This document shows, one piece after another, positions 1 to 10,713 of a stretch of 64,000 nt of DNA. This DNA comes from Leptolyngbyaceae cyanobacterium (lineage in GTDB: Bacteria; Cyanobacteriota; Cyanobacteriia; Phormidesmidales; Phormidesmidaceae): positions 1,056,001 to 1,120,000 of the forward strand of contig CBDHHL010000056.1 in NCBI GenBank assembly GCA_965263355.1, in the 5' to 3' direction. Numbering within the stretch: position 1 is the stretch's first letter; each line of letters starts with the position of its first letter. The translations under genes were made by a program, and so were the position numbers. The notes under the pieces are model-generated. The model was given only the letters and a program-made list of their open reading frames with translations. It made no database searches and was not told the origin of the DNA.

Positions 1-1412
1 CGTGGGGATGGCGCATCGCCAGACTCTAGGGTGACATGGCAATTACTACCACCAAAGCCCATGGCAGATACACCAGCTCTAAGGGGGGTATCAACGGAGC
101 GACATTCTCCTTGCAAGATAGGATAGAGATGGGTCGCTGTGGCTTCAAACATCTCATTCGGTTCTTTGCAGCCTGCTGTAGGGGGCATTACTCTGCGGTT
201 GACGGCCATGGCGGCTTTAATAAACCCACCGATGCCGGCTGCCGCCTTAGTATGGCCGATAATGGATTTGAGGGACGTCACACCGCAGATGCGTTTTTTC
301 TCTGAATCCCCCATCGCTAGGGCAATAGCGTTGAGTTCGGTACGATCTCCCACGGGGGTGCCTGTTCCGTGTCCTTCAATAAAATCAAGGGTTTTGGGAT
401 CGTATCCCGCCTTGTCATAGGCGCGATTCAAGGCCAGCGCTTGGCCTGTCGCACTAGGTGCAGTAATACCCACACCGGCACCATCCGATGAAATGCCCCA
501 TCCGCGCAAAACAGCGTAAACATAATTGCCATCCCGGCGGGCATCTTCTAAGCGCTTTAAAACAACAAAACCGCACCCTTCTCCAGGAATAAACCCACTC
601 GCTTTAAGATCATAAACAGACATGTCCTTGTTCGTCAGTGCTTTGGTTTTGGCGAAACCAACCATTTCAAAGGGGTCAAGACTAATATCTACTCCCCCTG
701 CCAAAGCAAGGTTTAGCTCGCCATTGTTAAGCCTTTCAGCCGCTGTTGCTATAGCAATAAGAGATGAAGAGCAGGCACCATCGACCGTGTACCCACCACC
801 ATGGAGATCGAGATAATTACAGATCCGACCGGCAATGGTATTGGAGAGAAAACCGGCAAGACTATCTTGAGTAGTCGGTGAGAAAGGTTGTTTGTAATAG
901 CGCTCTAGCGTCTTTTCTAATGCATGTATGGAGCTGGCGTCCAGGCCTAAAGAGTTGCCCGCTGCCCGCAGCGCTTTTGCAACATAGGGCCAGCGTAGCC
1001 GTGAGGAGTTGGAGCGGCTGACTTCACCTGTTAATGTATTGCCAATCACTACTCCAGTTTGGGCAGAAGGGATTGAACCATGGGAATACCCCGCGTCGGT
1101 AAACGCTTTCATAGCCGTATCCAGAGCCAGCCAATGAACAATATCTGTTGCCTCAAAGGTGGGTTTTGGAATCCGTTTGTCGATCCAATCAAATTCGAAC
1201 CCATCCAGAACGGCCACTTGCCGACCGTAGGTTTTGTCAGGTGTCAATGGGTTTGGATCAAAATAATCAGTGATCGGCAGGCGTGAATCTGGTGTGCGCC
1301 GAAACTGGCGACGTCTCGTTAAAATATTTTCCCAAAGCAGCTTCGGATCGGAGGCACCTGGATAATAACAAGCGATGCCTGTGACTGCAATTGCCGAAGA
1401 GTTATTCTGCAT
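1..1412 (-). CDS. pksE: Iterative type I PKS, enediyne PksE-like, N-terminal ketosynthase domain (partial, continues beyond left edge)
   Basis: Manual translation from ATG at 1412 is open to position 1: MQNNSSAIAVTGIACYYPGA...WENILTRRRQFRR...GNTLTGEVSRSNSSRLRWPYV...DSLAGFLSNTIAGRICNYLDLHGGGYTVDGACSSSL...EGHGTGTPVGD...IGHTKAAAG...RAGVSAMGFGG. The Cys-His-His triad is intact; GNTLTGE..R....RLRWPYV and GYTVDGACSSS are PksE-type KS signatures. Confidence 0.88.
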   Translation of the reverse strand, partial: MQNNSSAIAVTGIACYYPGASDPKLLWENILTRRRQFRRTPDSRLPITDYFDPNPLTPDKTYGRQVAVLDGFEFDWIDKRIPKPTFEATDIVHWLALDTAMKAFTDAGYSHGSIPSAQTGVVIGNTLTGEVSRSNSSRLRWPYVAKALRAAGNSLGLDASSIHALEKTLERYYKQPFSPTTQDSLAGFLSNTIAGRICNYLDLHGGGYTVDGACSSSLIAIATAAERLNNGELNLALAGGVDISLDPFEMVGFAKTKALTNKDMSVYDLKASGFIPGEGCGFVVLKRLEDARRDGNYVYAVLRGWGISSDGAGVGITAPSATGQALALNRAYDKAGYDPKTLDFIEGHGTGTPVGDRTELNAIALAMGDSEKKRICGVTSLKSIIGHTKAAAGIGGFIKAAMAVNRRVMPPTAGCKEPNEMFEATATHLYPILQGECRSVDTPLRAGVSAMGFGGSNCHVTLESGDAPSP

Positions 1413-1863
1413 AGGTCAATAAGAAGATTCCAATGTTTTGATAGAAAATTAGATGAAGCACTTAAACATACCTTCACCAATGGATTGAATCTAATTGATT
1501 AAAAACAGTCTTATTTCTTAGATTCAATAATTTTCCTATGCTATTATTCCCAAACGTCAGTATTCTTTTGGTCTGCTTATTATTACCTAGATTAAATATA
1601 GATCTAAAATTAAATAGCCCCCTTTTTATGAGGTTTTGCCAAGATTCTTTAGACATCATCTTGGTCCGATAGTTCTGGATCTACACATATTATTTTCGAT
1701 GTATTTACATTGGGCTAATTTGGGGAAATCTTGGATTGAAATAGCCTCAGTTTTAGTTGGGGAAATCGACTGTGACTGTTATATCTAGATATCTAATTTA
1801 TTAGCTTAATGCTTTGGCGAATATACACCTAGCTAAACAGTCATTTATTTTGGAGATGGTTTT

Positions 1864-2292
1864 ATGCCAGAGCAGTATTCTGAGAAACAAGTAAAGGAGA
1901 TCTTGTTTGAGGCCATGAATGGCTCAGAACAAAAAGTATTTTCTCGTACACAGTTGGAAGAAATGGCTGTAGAACTCGGTATTAGTCCAACCGCCTTAGA
2001 CCAAGCAATTACATCTGCTACGGCGAAACAACCATTCCCTCCAACTCAAGCCTATACTTCAAATCCATTCTCCCAGCTATCTGTGCCAAATCGGTTAGCA
2101 TCTGTTCCGCCAGTAAACCAGGTTGGATTTAATATCCACTTGAAAGTTTATTGCGCTGTGAATATCTTTTTGCTGCTGCTGAATTTTACCCTAGCGGGGA
2201 CAATTACTTGGGCTGTCTTTCCCCTGCTAGGCTGGGGCCTAGGTGTTTCATTACATTCAATCAGCGGAATTTCTAAGCGTTCAAGGCGCTAA
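1864..2292 (+). CDS. 2TM-domain membrane protein
   Basis: N-terminal 'YSEKQVKEIL...LEEMAVELGIS' and C-terminal 'HLKVYCAVNIFLLLLN...WAVFPLLGWGLGVSLH' (2TM pattern); GGAG RBS upstream. Confidence 0.75.
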   Translation: MPEQYSEKQVKEILFEAMNGSEQKVFSRTQLEEMAVELGISPTALDQAITSATAKQPFPPTQAYTSNPFSQLSVPNRLASVPPVNQVGFNIHLKVYCAVNIFLLLLNFTLAGTITWAVFPLLGWGLGVSLHSISGISKRSRR

Positions 2293-2355
2293 TTTAAAGC
2301 TGTATTTATTTAGGCTTAGTCTGCGGCATAACGCTTTCAAAAACAAGGAAAATCA

Positions 2356-4164
2356 ATGTTAAACACTCCAGAAAAGGCAGCTGACAATTTGGTTTATGAT
2401 GTCGTAATTATGGGGGCAGGTTTTGCCGGTAATTGCCAAGCGCGACATTTACTGTTGAACATTCCAGGAATTAAAATTGCGTTAATAGATCCCCGTCCTC
2501 CAGAGCGCTCTGAAAAAGACTTAAAGGTGGGAGAGGCGACGGTAGAAATCGCTTCAATGTTTCTTACAACTTCATTGAAACTGCACCAGTACTTGATTGA
2601 AAATCATTTCCCAAAATATGGGCTTACTTTTCATTGGGCGAAAGATCCAGCAAAAACAACAAATGTGGAAGATTATCACAACATTTGGGTGAATGGCTTA
2701 CCTGCAATCGAAGCCTTTCACTTAAATCGCGCTACATTTGAGCAAGATGTCTTAAAAATGAATCAGGATATGGGAGCGACATTTTACAATGGTCGTGTTA
2801 CCCAGTTTGATTTAGCTTCAGACAATAGCTTGCACACCATTACTGTCAAGTTAAATGAAGGATATACTACCTTAAAATCATCACACTTAGTGGATGCAGC
2901 TGGTCGACGGTTTCTCATTGGGAAGAAAACCGACAATTTAATTTCCAATAACGAGAAGTTACTCAATATTAATACGGGAGCAGCTTGGCTACGAGTCAAA
3001 AATTTCAAGCCTAATCTTTACGATGGCGTTGAAGATCCGTCCTTTGGTAATGTGAATCGACACTATACAACACATCACTGGATGGGACATGGGCATTGGG
3101 TATGGACAATACCTATTAGCAATGCACCCAATGAGCTATCCATTGGTATTGCACACCATAAGGACGCAATTGCATCCAAAGATATTAATACGCTTTCCAA
3201 GTTCAAAGATTTTTTGAAGGCCAACCACACCTTTCTTTTTAAATTTGTTGAAAGTGGAGAGATTGTTGATTTTCATTATTTGCCTAAGGTTGCTCATATG
3301 AGCAAACAGCTCGTATCAAAAAATAATTGGTATGTGCTAGGCGATGCTGCTTACATGTTTGACCCATTTTACTCGTCAGGACACAGCATAACTGCCATAG
3401 CAGTTGAAAGTGTGACGGAAGTAATTCGAGCCAAACTTGCTAAGGAAGCAGATGCTGACAAAAAACAGGAACTATACAATCAATTCTTGGTACAGCACGA
3501 AAAGATGTATCGTCAGTTCTACCAAAAACATGAAGCCCATCTAGGCCATGCAAGCATAATGAGCTGGCGAATATATCTGGAAAATATGCTTTGGTTTGGA
3601 ATGCTGGTTCCCATGTTTGCTGGCAAATGGTTCCTCGATCCTCAATTCCTTAAAAGCAGTGAGAAGCTCAGTGAATACCTTGTTTGGGGGAAGGACTATA
3701 ATCTTTGTCAAGATATTTACGACCAGTTTGATGAATTAATCAAACGCGACATCAACATTGGTTTTATGGACTATACCAGAGCCGATCAACTGGCATTTGG
3801 ATATGGTCCACACAAATCTATTTTTACAGGAGATTGGACACACAACTGTAAAGTAGAACCTTTACGCTTAAATATTTTTAATAGTATGAAACAGGCCTTA
3901 TTTTATCTCGCCATTTTCTATTTTAAATTGCGATTAAAAGGGTTTGGCCTTAAGGGTGTTTTTAATCTTCAAACGTTGTGGCAAGTCTCTCGAATACTTT
4001 CATGGGCAATTTACTGTGCAATGGGGGAACAGATTTATCTAGTAAAAACGCGTAATCTTGCTAGCAACTCTATTATCGAAAAAAACAGAAAAGAATTTAC
4101 TACGTATCACTATCAACCCCAACTACAACCCTGGATTTCCCAGGATTCCAGCAAAACAGCATAA
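2356..4164 (+). CDS. Flavin-dependent halogenase-like FAD enzyme
   Basis: GAGFAG FAD motif, KVGEAT, WxWxIP halogenase motif (WVWTIP), GDAAYMFDPFYSSG. Confidence 0.75.
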   Translation: MLNTPEKAADNLVYDVVIMGAGFAGNCQARHLLLNIPGIKIALIDPRPPERSEKDLKVGEATVEIASMFLTTSLKLHQYLIENHFPKYGLTFHWAKDPAKTTNVEDYHNIWVNGLPAIEAFHLNRATFEQDVLKMNQDMGATFYNGRVTQFDLASDNSLHTITVKLNEGYTTLKSSHLVDAAGRRFLIGKKTDNLISNNEKLLNINTGAAWLRVKNFKPNLYDGVEDPSFGNVNRHYTTHHWMGHGHWVWTIPISNAPNELSIGIAHHKDAIASKDINTLSKFKDFLKANHTFLFKFVESGEIVDFHYLPKVAHMSKQLVSKNNWYVLGDAAYMFDPFYSSGHSITAIAVESVTEVIRAKLAKEADADKKQELYNQFLVQHEKMYRQFYQKHEAHLGHASIMSWRIYLENMLWFGMLVPMFAGKWFLDPQFLKSSEKLSEYLVWGKDYNLCQDIYDQFDELIKRDINIGFMDYTRADQLAFGYGPHKSIFTGDWTHNCKVEPLRLNIFNSMKQALFYLAIFYFKLRLKGFGLKGVFNLQTLWQVSRILSWAIYCAMGEQIYLVKTRNLASNSIIEKNRKEFTTYHYQPQLQPWISQDSSKTA

Positions 4165-4338
4165 GTTTTAGGGGTAAGATGTTTGATAAAATAATGCCTG
4201 GTTCCTCCCTTGGCGTTGCATTACATCCTGTCCAATTCAAAGTCTCCACACTCAAGGGGATAGGCATGTATCAGGCTATCTAGAGGTTAAACAGCTGTCT
4301 TCGAATACGGACAGTCATCGCGAGAAAAAGGCAACACC

Positions 4339-5301
4339 ATGGTTTTAAAGATAGGGTCCTTGCGGCAACGTTTGTTTGGTCGGCCCCTGGTGGACATTAA
4401 TGACATATGGCAAGATTCTGATGTTGAAACTAGGCTACGTCAACAGCTGATCGCAGGTATTAACTCATTTATTACGGGGTATAATACCGCCCTTGAAGTA
4501 GGGCTAACCCCATCTCTATATGGTCAGTTGCAATCAACAGCACCTGATTTTCGCACCTTTGCCTATGAAGGGGCCGGCATGGGCATGGCCATGATAGACT
4601 GCACCACCCCCGGCAAGGGTAAACGCCTACTGACATTTGCAGAACAAGCTTCTAATTACACAAACCTGGCCTATATTGGCGCGGGCTTTACCATGGCCGT
4701 ACTGAATCGGAGTTTGAAAAGTACCCTAGGGCCAATCGATCCTATGTATCGCTGGTGGGTCGTGGATGGGTGTGGGTTTTATCATGGTCTTTTCCATTGG
4801 GAAAAAGCGGTTGTCAATCAGTGGGTTCCTCCAAAGATAAATGGATATGGACAACGAGCCTTCGACCGGGGAATTGGTCGCAGTTTATGGTTTAAAATCA
4901 ACGACAATATTGACAAACTTATTCATATAGTCCAAGCGTTTCCCGAACATCGCCGGGCGGATCTTTGGAGTGGTATTGGGGTGATGAGCACCTATTTGGG
5001 AGACTGCGATAAGGATAACCTGCTTGCTGTCAAAACTGCGGCTGGCACTTATGCATCCTACGTAGCCTTAGGGGCAGCCCTGTCCGCTACAGCACGACAC
5101 TTTGCCAACAATATTAGCGAACATCATAATGTAGCCTGTGCTGTCTATTGTGGAATGTCAGCAGAAACAGCTGCTAAGCTTGCTATTGAACTGGAACAGA
5201 CGTTGACGATTGACCCTGACGAATCTGTTTTTGAGTCTCATCCAATTTTTGAGACCCATCGCGAGAAAATTCGATCATGTTTTGTTTCACTTGAATCATG
5301 A
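4339..5301 (+). CDS. DUF1702 family protein (UnbL-like enediyne cassette protein)
   Basis: FAYEGAGM, DGCGFYHG, DRGIGRSLWF and DLWSGIG motifs; adjacent to a PksE-like gene. Confidence 0.8.
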   Translation: MVLKIGSLRQRLFGRPLVDINDIWQDSDVETRLRQQLIAGINSFITGYNTALEVGLTPSLYGQLQSTAPDFRTFAYEGAGMGMAMIDCTTPGKGKRLLTFAEQASNYTNLAYIGAGFTMAVLNRSLKSTLGPIDPMYRWWVVDGCGFYHGLFHWEKAVVNQWVPPKINGYGQRAFDRGIGRSLWFKINDNIDKLIHIVQAFPEHRRADLWSGIGVMSTYLGDCDKDNLLAVKTAAGTYASYVALGAALSATARHFANNISEHHNVACAVYCGMSAETAAKLAIELEQTLTIDPDESVFESHPIFETHREKIRSCFVSLES

Positions 5302-5402
5302 TTATGACTGATGAAAACCCTACAGAGCATACGCCAGGAAACCATCGAGCGAGCTGCCTGATGATTACGGGCTAAGCTCTACGTTTTTAGGGTATCAACT
5401 CT

Positions 5403-5438
5403 CCAAAGCCCCGGTGAACTAGTTCACCGGGGCTTTGG
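5403..5438. terminator. Perfect 36-bp palindrome between convergent genes, probable bidirectional terminator
   Basis: ccaaagccccggtgaact|agttcaccggggctttgg is an exact inverted repeat. Confidence 0.65.
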
Positions 5439-5489
5439 GGCTCTGATTAAGAATCGAATAGCCATAGCGGCTATGGCAGGGCACGCTTG

Positions 5490-6332
5490 TTAGCTTGCTG
5501 ACCGACGTAGTTTACGACTTGCCAAGAGAGCAACTGCACCAAAGCTCAGTACAGCAGACGGTTCAGGTACATCCTGAGGATTCTCATTTTGAGGTTTCAA
5601 GTTGCTAATAAGGGCAATGCCGTCATTAGCGCATTCCATTAGGAGTGTGGCAATAAACTCTCCCCCTGGTAATAGAGAACGGTTGAAACGAAAGGTGTGA
5701 GTATCGTTACCAACAGCATCAAAATGCTCAAAATCCAGACCTTCAGTAGCTGCATCCTGTTTTGATAGGAAGTCAATACCGCCGATCAATGTGCCATCGG
5801 CAATAGAGTTCAATACAGGAGCGGTCTCACCCATATAGTCATAGGCCTCTTGCTTAGTGGCCAGGTCACCCATCGTATTTTGACGTTCATAAGAGCGGTA
5901 ATATTTCTTCAGGTGCCTATAACCTACATTGCTTAAGGCAACCGCTTGAGCGGTTACATCACTAAAAACACCTACTTGATCGACACCAGCATCATTGGTC
6001 TCCGCAAAGCGTACGCCAAACAGAGAACCGTTAGCCGTATTGATATCGTTACCAGTGAAATTGAAGAAAAGATCTCCCCAGCCCACATTGCCATCAGCTG
6101 CGCCACCATGGCTTTTACCGGTCAGAGGACTACCACCACTAATGGAAACATAAACGTGGTCTTGGGTCTCTTTCATTGCTAAGCCTTTAATTTCGTAGGG
6201 ACTGCCACCAGACGCATCGTCAAATGCATCGATACTGTAGTTCCAACCTTGGTGAAAGGTACCGGCATGGGCCGCATGGGCAACAGTAAAGCTGCATACA
6301 GCAGAGCCAATGAGTAAAGCTAAACGTTTCAT
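5490..6332 (-). CDS. PEP-CTERM exosortase-dependent surface protein (XDD3-like)
   Basis: Signal peptide ending AHA, N-terminal WNYSIDAFDD, ECAND motif, C-terminal VPEPS + hydrophobic helix + basic tail RKLRR. Confidence 0.85.
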   Translation of the reverse strand: MKRLALLIGSAVCSFTVAHAAHAGTFHQGWNYSIDAFDDASGGSPYEIKGLAMKETQDHVYVSISGGSPLTGKSHGGAADGNVGWGDLFFNFTGNDINTANGSLFGVRFAETNDAGVDQVGVFSDVTAQAVALSNVGYRHLKKYYRSYERQNTMGDLATKQEAYDYMGETAPVLNSIADGTLIGGIDFLSKQDAATEGLDFEHFDAVGNDTHTFRFNRSLLPGGEFIATLLMECANDGIALISNLKPQNENPQDVPEPSAVLSFGAVALLASRKLRRSAS

Positions 6333-6611
6333 AGTGGTGTGGTTCAGGAAATACTGAAGGGTTTTGTGTTTAGGTCACACTATAGGTATAACCGCTCCAT
6401 AAGAGTGTTGCCTTCCGCAATATGACTTTACTGTTATCCAGATGTCAGAGTAACGTCTCTCGCAAAATTACTGGCTTAATAGGTAAAATTTTACCCAAAT
6501 TGCAAAGGGTCTTTCAAGCTACTTAAAGTCATTATGTCTTTGAAGGGAATATTTTGTTCTGTTGATGTAAATACTTATTTTTGACCGTGTATTTACTTGT
6601 TGAGCACGCAA

Positions 6612-7598
6612 TTACACCCTTCTAGTTGATGGGATAACTAAGTCTACAACAATCGGTGCATGGTCAGAGCCTGTATCAGTACCGGTGTGAATGTCTGTGA
6701 CCTTAATCTCTGGGCTGACTAAACAATGATCGATGGGAATCTGTAGCGGCATCACTAACCATTGGAACCAGGCCGGTAAGCCATAGTAGCTGCTTAGCCT
6801 GGGCCAAGTGGGTTGAATACCAAACCCCTTACGTGCATTCTTTAGATGGGTTTGCCGAATCAGGGACTGATAATAAGGGGACCACATTGTGATATTCAAA
6901 TCACCCAGTAGTAAAACTGGATCGGTTTGGGTTTTAATGTAATTCCCGACATCGGCTAACAGCGTATTGCGAGATTGGAACATTTTATGTTCTATAGGTG
7001 GTAGAGGATGGACGGCAGCAAGAGAAAGTTGCTGTCCGGCTACTGTCAAATTTACCACCAACGATTTCCGGGCATGAAGACCAAATTGTTGGAGTTGTAT
7101 ATTGGATAGGGGAAACTTGCTGTATAGGATAATTCCCTCCTCTGAAGCAATATGGGTACTGTAAGGGAACTCCGTTTTCAGCGCATCTAGCTGATTCTCC
7201 ATCGCTTGACTGACTTCTATAAATAGGGCCAAATCGGGACGTTCAGTGGCCATAAGTGACAATGTTCGGGTGGCATCGTGATTGCTGAAATTTAGATTAG
7301 CTACAAGCACTCGATAATTGGCAGGCTGATTTCCCAAGTGCAATGGTAGATACCAGGGGATAACCTGGGCCGATAGAATAGCTGTACAGAAAAGGATGAT
7401 TAATACGTGACGTGTATGCCTTAAGAATAGGGCAATGGTTGCCAGTAGGAGTGTAGCTGTAAAATATTGGACTTGGAAATGAGAGAACACCTCTAAATAT
7501 AGGGACCAACCAAACCGATTTGTCAGTAAGGCAAAGCCTGTGATAACGACAACAATAATTGGACAGATGTATCTAAGGGTGCGAGAGACTTGTTTCAT
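6612..7598 (-). CDS. Membrane-anchored endonuclease/exonuclease/phosphatase family protein
   Basis: N-terminal TM helices; GDLN, IDHCLVS and SDHAPI EEP motifs. Confidence 0.85.
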   Translation of the reverse strand: MKQVSRTLRYICPIIVVVITGFALLTNRFGWSLYLEVFSHFQVQYFTATLLLATIALFLRHTRHVLIILFCTAILSAQVIPWYLPLHLGNQPANYRVLVANLNFSNHDATRTLSLMATERPDLALFIEVSQAMENQLDALKTEFPYSTHIASEEGIILYSKFPLSNIQLQQFGLHARKSLVVNLTVAGQQLSLAAVHPLPPIEHKMFQSRNTLLADVGNYIKTQTDPVLLLGDLNITMWSPYYQSLIRQTHLKNARKGFGIQPTWPRLSSYYGLPAWFQWLVMPLQIPIDHCLVSPEIKVTDIHTGTDTGSDHAPIVVDLVIPSTRRV

Positions 7599-7809
7599 CG
7601 GCTTTGAGCAGAAAACATTGCATTACATAACAGCAGGCTCGTAAACCACGCCCCAATTACAATCTGTTTCTGCGGTTACAGAAAAACTAACGTTTTTAAC
7701 CTGGACAAGGTTTAATCAGTCTGGGCTACAGCATTGGGCTATCAATTCCAGAGTAACAGCAGGCAATTTGCAAACTCTTGACTATTGTGGGATATCTGCT
7801 CTGTATACT

Positions 7810-10581
7810 CTACGACCAATTTCCGACTAACACATAGGGGGCCCAATAAAAGGGACCTTGATAGCCAGGGGTATGGAGTAGGTCAAGCTGAGCCTGTCGT
7901 AAAGCTTCAGCACGGGTCAGTGGCTCGGTGGGGTTACCTAAAATTTCATACAATCGCGTCATCAATACTGCCGTTGATTGATCGTCTACAAACCAGAGAG
8001 AGGCAATGGTACTGCGTGCTCCGGCCTGGATAGCTACACCAGCTAAGCCCAGGGTGGCACGATTATCACCGCTAGCGGTTTTACAAGCACTGAGAATCAA
8101 GAGTTCAATATCAGTGGCATCTGACGTAGTCTGGCGCTGAAGAATTTGGCTGAAATCGTTAAGGGTAATGCGCTGATCCCAGGCCAGCAGGAATGTTTCA
8201 CTAGGGTCAGAGCTAAACTGACCGTGGGTAGCCAGGTGAACTACGGGAGAACCGCTGCTATCGCCTAGGGTTTGTAGGTTGGGCGTAGTAAAGTCTTGGT
8301 TCAAAAACTGACGGCTGGATACCTGGGTTTGAATGGCGGCTAGTTCGGTCTCAACATTAACCAAAGGGGCAAACCCTTGGTGGGGTTCAAAGTCTGGTCG
8401 AATATCTGATAGACCAAATGCGATCGCATCTAACTGAATCTGACTCAATGGTTTAGACTCCGGCAACTGCAGTCCGGGACTCAGGGCAAGACTGTAGTCT
8501 TCGATCAGAAACCGTTCGCCATTGTACAGTACCGCCATGGGCACATTGCGTAGGGCTCCATCGGAGACAAACACCAGTGTGTGAATTTGCTGCTGTGTTA
8601 AAACAGCCTCAAAAGGACGAATCAGCCAGTCGTAAACTTGTTCAGCCCTTTCTAAAAAAATAGGAGAACGAAAACGCTTTTCAGTCTGTTGCCGTAGCTG
8701 TGTGAGCGCCTGATTAACCTCGCCTTCAGCGATAGCCACACTATGAAACTGTAACTCATTTGACTGAGGCAAACGCACAATCACAGCCACCTGATCTGCC
8801 AAAATGATGGGGTAGATTATGGCGGTGGACATATCAACCTGGGGTTCGCTGAGAGTAAAGGTTTGGGCCAGGTTACAGCTCAAAAAGTTTTCTAATTCTG
8901 TCAGTTGTAGTGCATCCACATCTTGAATCGCCTGTAGCAGGCTCTCTTGGGATGGAGTAGCAGTCTGTTTAAGTCGCAGTGCTACTAGTTCTCGGTAAAG
9001 GGGTTCTACCGTATCCCGAAATGAAAACTGTGCATCGGATTCAATGGCAACTAGATCTTGTCGTAACGTCCGCAATGTGTCAGTAGCAGCTTGGTAATAG
9101 GTGATAGCCTGATCGGTGGACTGCTGAGCTGCATAAATACGGCCCAACTGCCATTGCCATTGATAGGCAATGTGGTCATCCTGGTGGGTAAGGTCTAGGG
9201 CTTTACTAGTCAGGGTTTGCGCCTGTTGTAGAAGTCTAGTGTCATTGTGAGATTGTTGCGCTACTTGTTCGTAGAGTTCACCTAATGTACCCAGGGCATA
9301 GGACTCAACGTCAGGATCATTGATGGTAATGGCCTGTTGCTGCACCTGACTCAGCAGGTCAAAAATTTCTGTAGTGGCTGGTCTAATAGACATCTGGGGA
9401 GATTGTCGGAGGGCAATGTAGGCTTTGGCTAAATTTATCTGGGTGTAGAGATTGGTGCGGTTAGGGGATGGAGACGGTAGACGTTTTACTGTTGATAGCT
9501 GTTTTTTTAGTTGGGGTAGGAGTTCCGGAAACAGCTCCTGGGAAAATGGTTCCAAATGCAGATTTACTAGCAGGGCAAACCGCTGAACGTCAGTTTGACT
9601 AACTAAGTCTGGAGTCTCTTGGACGAGGGTTTGGGCAATGGTCTGCGCACTTGTATATTGGGTTAATGCTTGTTCGGCATGGGTTTTAAGGGTTGTTTTA
9701 TCTGCCAACAAACTAGTTTGACCGTAGCGATAGGCGGCTTGTTCATAGAGGGCCTGTTCTGTTTTACCCAAGCTCAATAGCGATAACAGTTTGTGCTGTG
9801 GGTTCTCCTGATGATTGGCCCAGGCTACACTTTGTTTTAGTAACTGTTGTGCTTCAGAGAGCCGTCCTGTTAAACGTAGAACATTGCCTAAACTGCGTAA
9901 ACCGAGAATTTTGAGGGTGGTGTCAGACGTTTGTTCAAAGGCGTGGATAACCTTATCTAGGTCTAAGTTGTTGTGGCTAAAGTCGCAGCTTGGTTCTGTG
10001 AGGTCAATGGCATTTAGGAGACGTTGGCAAGCCCGACGATAGTGGCCGATGGTTTCCAGGGCTCTTGCTTGATTGATCAGGCTGCCGGTAATCCCTGGTT
10101 GATGGCCTAGGTCTTGATAGATTTGGGTGGTCTGTTGCCAGATTTGGAGGGCGGTTTCGGTGTGCCCCTGGGCAAAGGCTAACTGGCCTTGGGCATTTAG
10201 GGTTTGAGCCATCAGACGAGCCCGCTCACTGATTTGGGGTAAACGGTCTAAGCTGGCAAAGCTATTGGCGATCGCACGCTCGCCTGCTTCCCATTGTCCT
10301 GTTTTTTGATAGGCCAGGGCTAAATAGGTCCAGAGGGCTGCTTGCTCAGAGTCACTAATAGTCGGGTTGTCCAGGGCGGTTTGCCAGGTTGCGATCGCGC
10401 GCCCATACTGCCTTTGTTGATATAAATCTTTTCCCTGCTCCAGTAGTAACGCTGGGGTAGCCGCAACGGATATTTCTGGTGACTGAATTACTGGCAGTGT
10501 CTGTGACAGAGCAGGCACACCCATAAGGACTAAACACAGGCTTAGGGCGAAGATGCACAGGTTACGGAGTGGATGTCGCAT
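7810..10581 (-). CDS. TPR + CHAT (caspase/HetF-like) domain protease with N-terminal signal peptide
   Basis: TPR repeats; catalytic His (VHLATHGQF) and Cys (LSACKTA); C-terminal WAPYVLVGNW. ORF extends to 10608; ATG 10581 gives a clean signal peptide. Confidence 0.9.
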   Translation of the reverse strand: MRHPLRNLCIFALSLCLVLMGVPALSQTLPVIQSPEISVAATPALLLEQGKDLYQQRQYGRAIATWQTALDNPTISDSEQAALWTYLALAYQKTGQWEAGERAIANSFASLDRLPQISERARLMAQTLNAQGQLAFAQGHTETALQIWQQTTQIYQDLGHQPGITGSLINQARALETIGHYRRACQRLLNAIDLTEPSCDFSHNNLDLDKVIHAFEQTSDTTLKILGLRSLGNVLRLTGRLSEAQQLLKQSVAWANHQENPQHKLLSLLSLGKTEQALYEQAAYRYGQTSLLADKTTLKTHAEQALTQYTSAQTIAQTLVQETPDLVSQTDVQRFALLVNLHLEPFSQELFPELLPQLKKQLSTVKRLPSPSPNRTNLYTQINLAKAYIALRQSPQMSIRPATTEIFDLLSQVQQQAITINDPDVESYALGTLGELYEQVAQQSHNDTRLLQQAQTLTSKALDLTHQDDHIAYQWQWQLGRIYAAQQSTDQAITYYQAATDTLRTLRQDLVAIESDAQFSFRDTVEPLYRELVALRLKQTATPSQESLLQAIQDVDALQLTELENFLSCNLAQTFTLSEPQVDMSTAIIYPIILADQVAVIVRLPQSNELQFHSVAIAEGEVNQALTQLRQQTEKRFRSPIFLERAEQVYDWLIRPFEAVLTQQQIHTLVFVSDGALRNVPMAVLYNGERFLIEDYSLALSPGLQLPESKPLSQIQLDAIAFGLSDIRPDFEPHQGFAPLVNVETELAAIQTQVSSRQFLNQDFTTPNLQTLGDSSGSPVVHLATHGQFSSDPSETFLLAWDQRITLNDFSQILQRQTTSDATDIELLILSACKTASGDNRATLGLAGVAIQAGARSTIASLWFVDDQSTAVLMTRLYEILGNPTEPLTRAEALRQAQLDLLHTPGYQGPFYWAPYVLVGNWS

Positions 10582-10713
10582 AATTAATCGACCAGGGCAA
10601 GGGGGCATTTGAGCTGAGGCTCATTTGAATAACTAGTCTGAAAGGCTATTCAATCCTAGTCAGAATCATAATAGGATCATGGCGGCTGATTCAGTTTCTT
10701 AACAGACCGATAA

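Noticed and set aside
36..1286. Plus-strand ORFs of 64-93 aa
   Set aside because: Antisense shadows of the minus-strand PKS ketosynthase gene.
1474..1659. 61-aa ORF upstream of the PKS
   Set aside because: AT-rich divergent promoter region, no motif or clear RBS.
7670..7692. gttacagaaaa upstream of the EEP gene as a further box
   Set aside because: Only about half of the consensus matches and the TGTCTGG half is missing.
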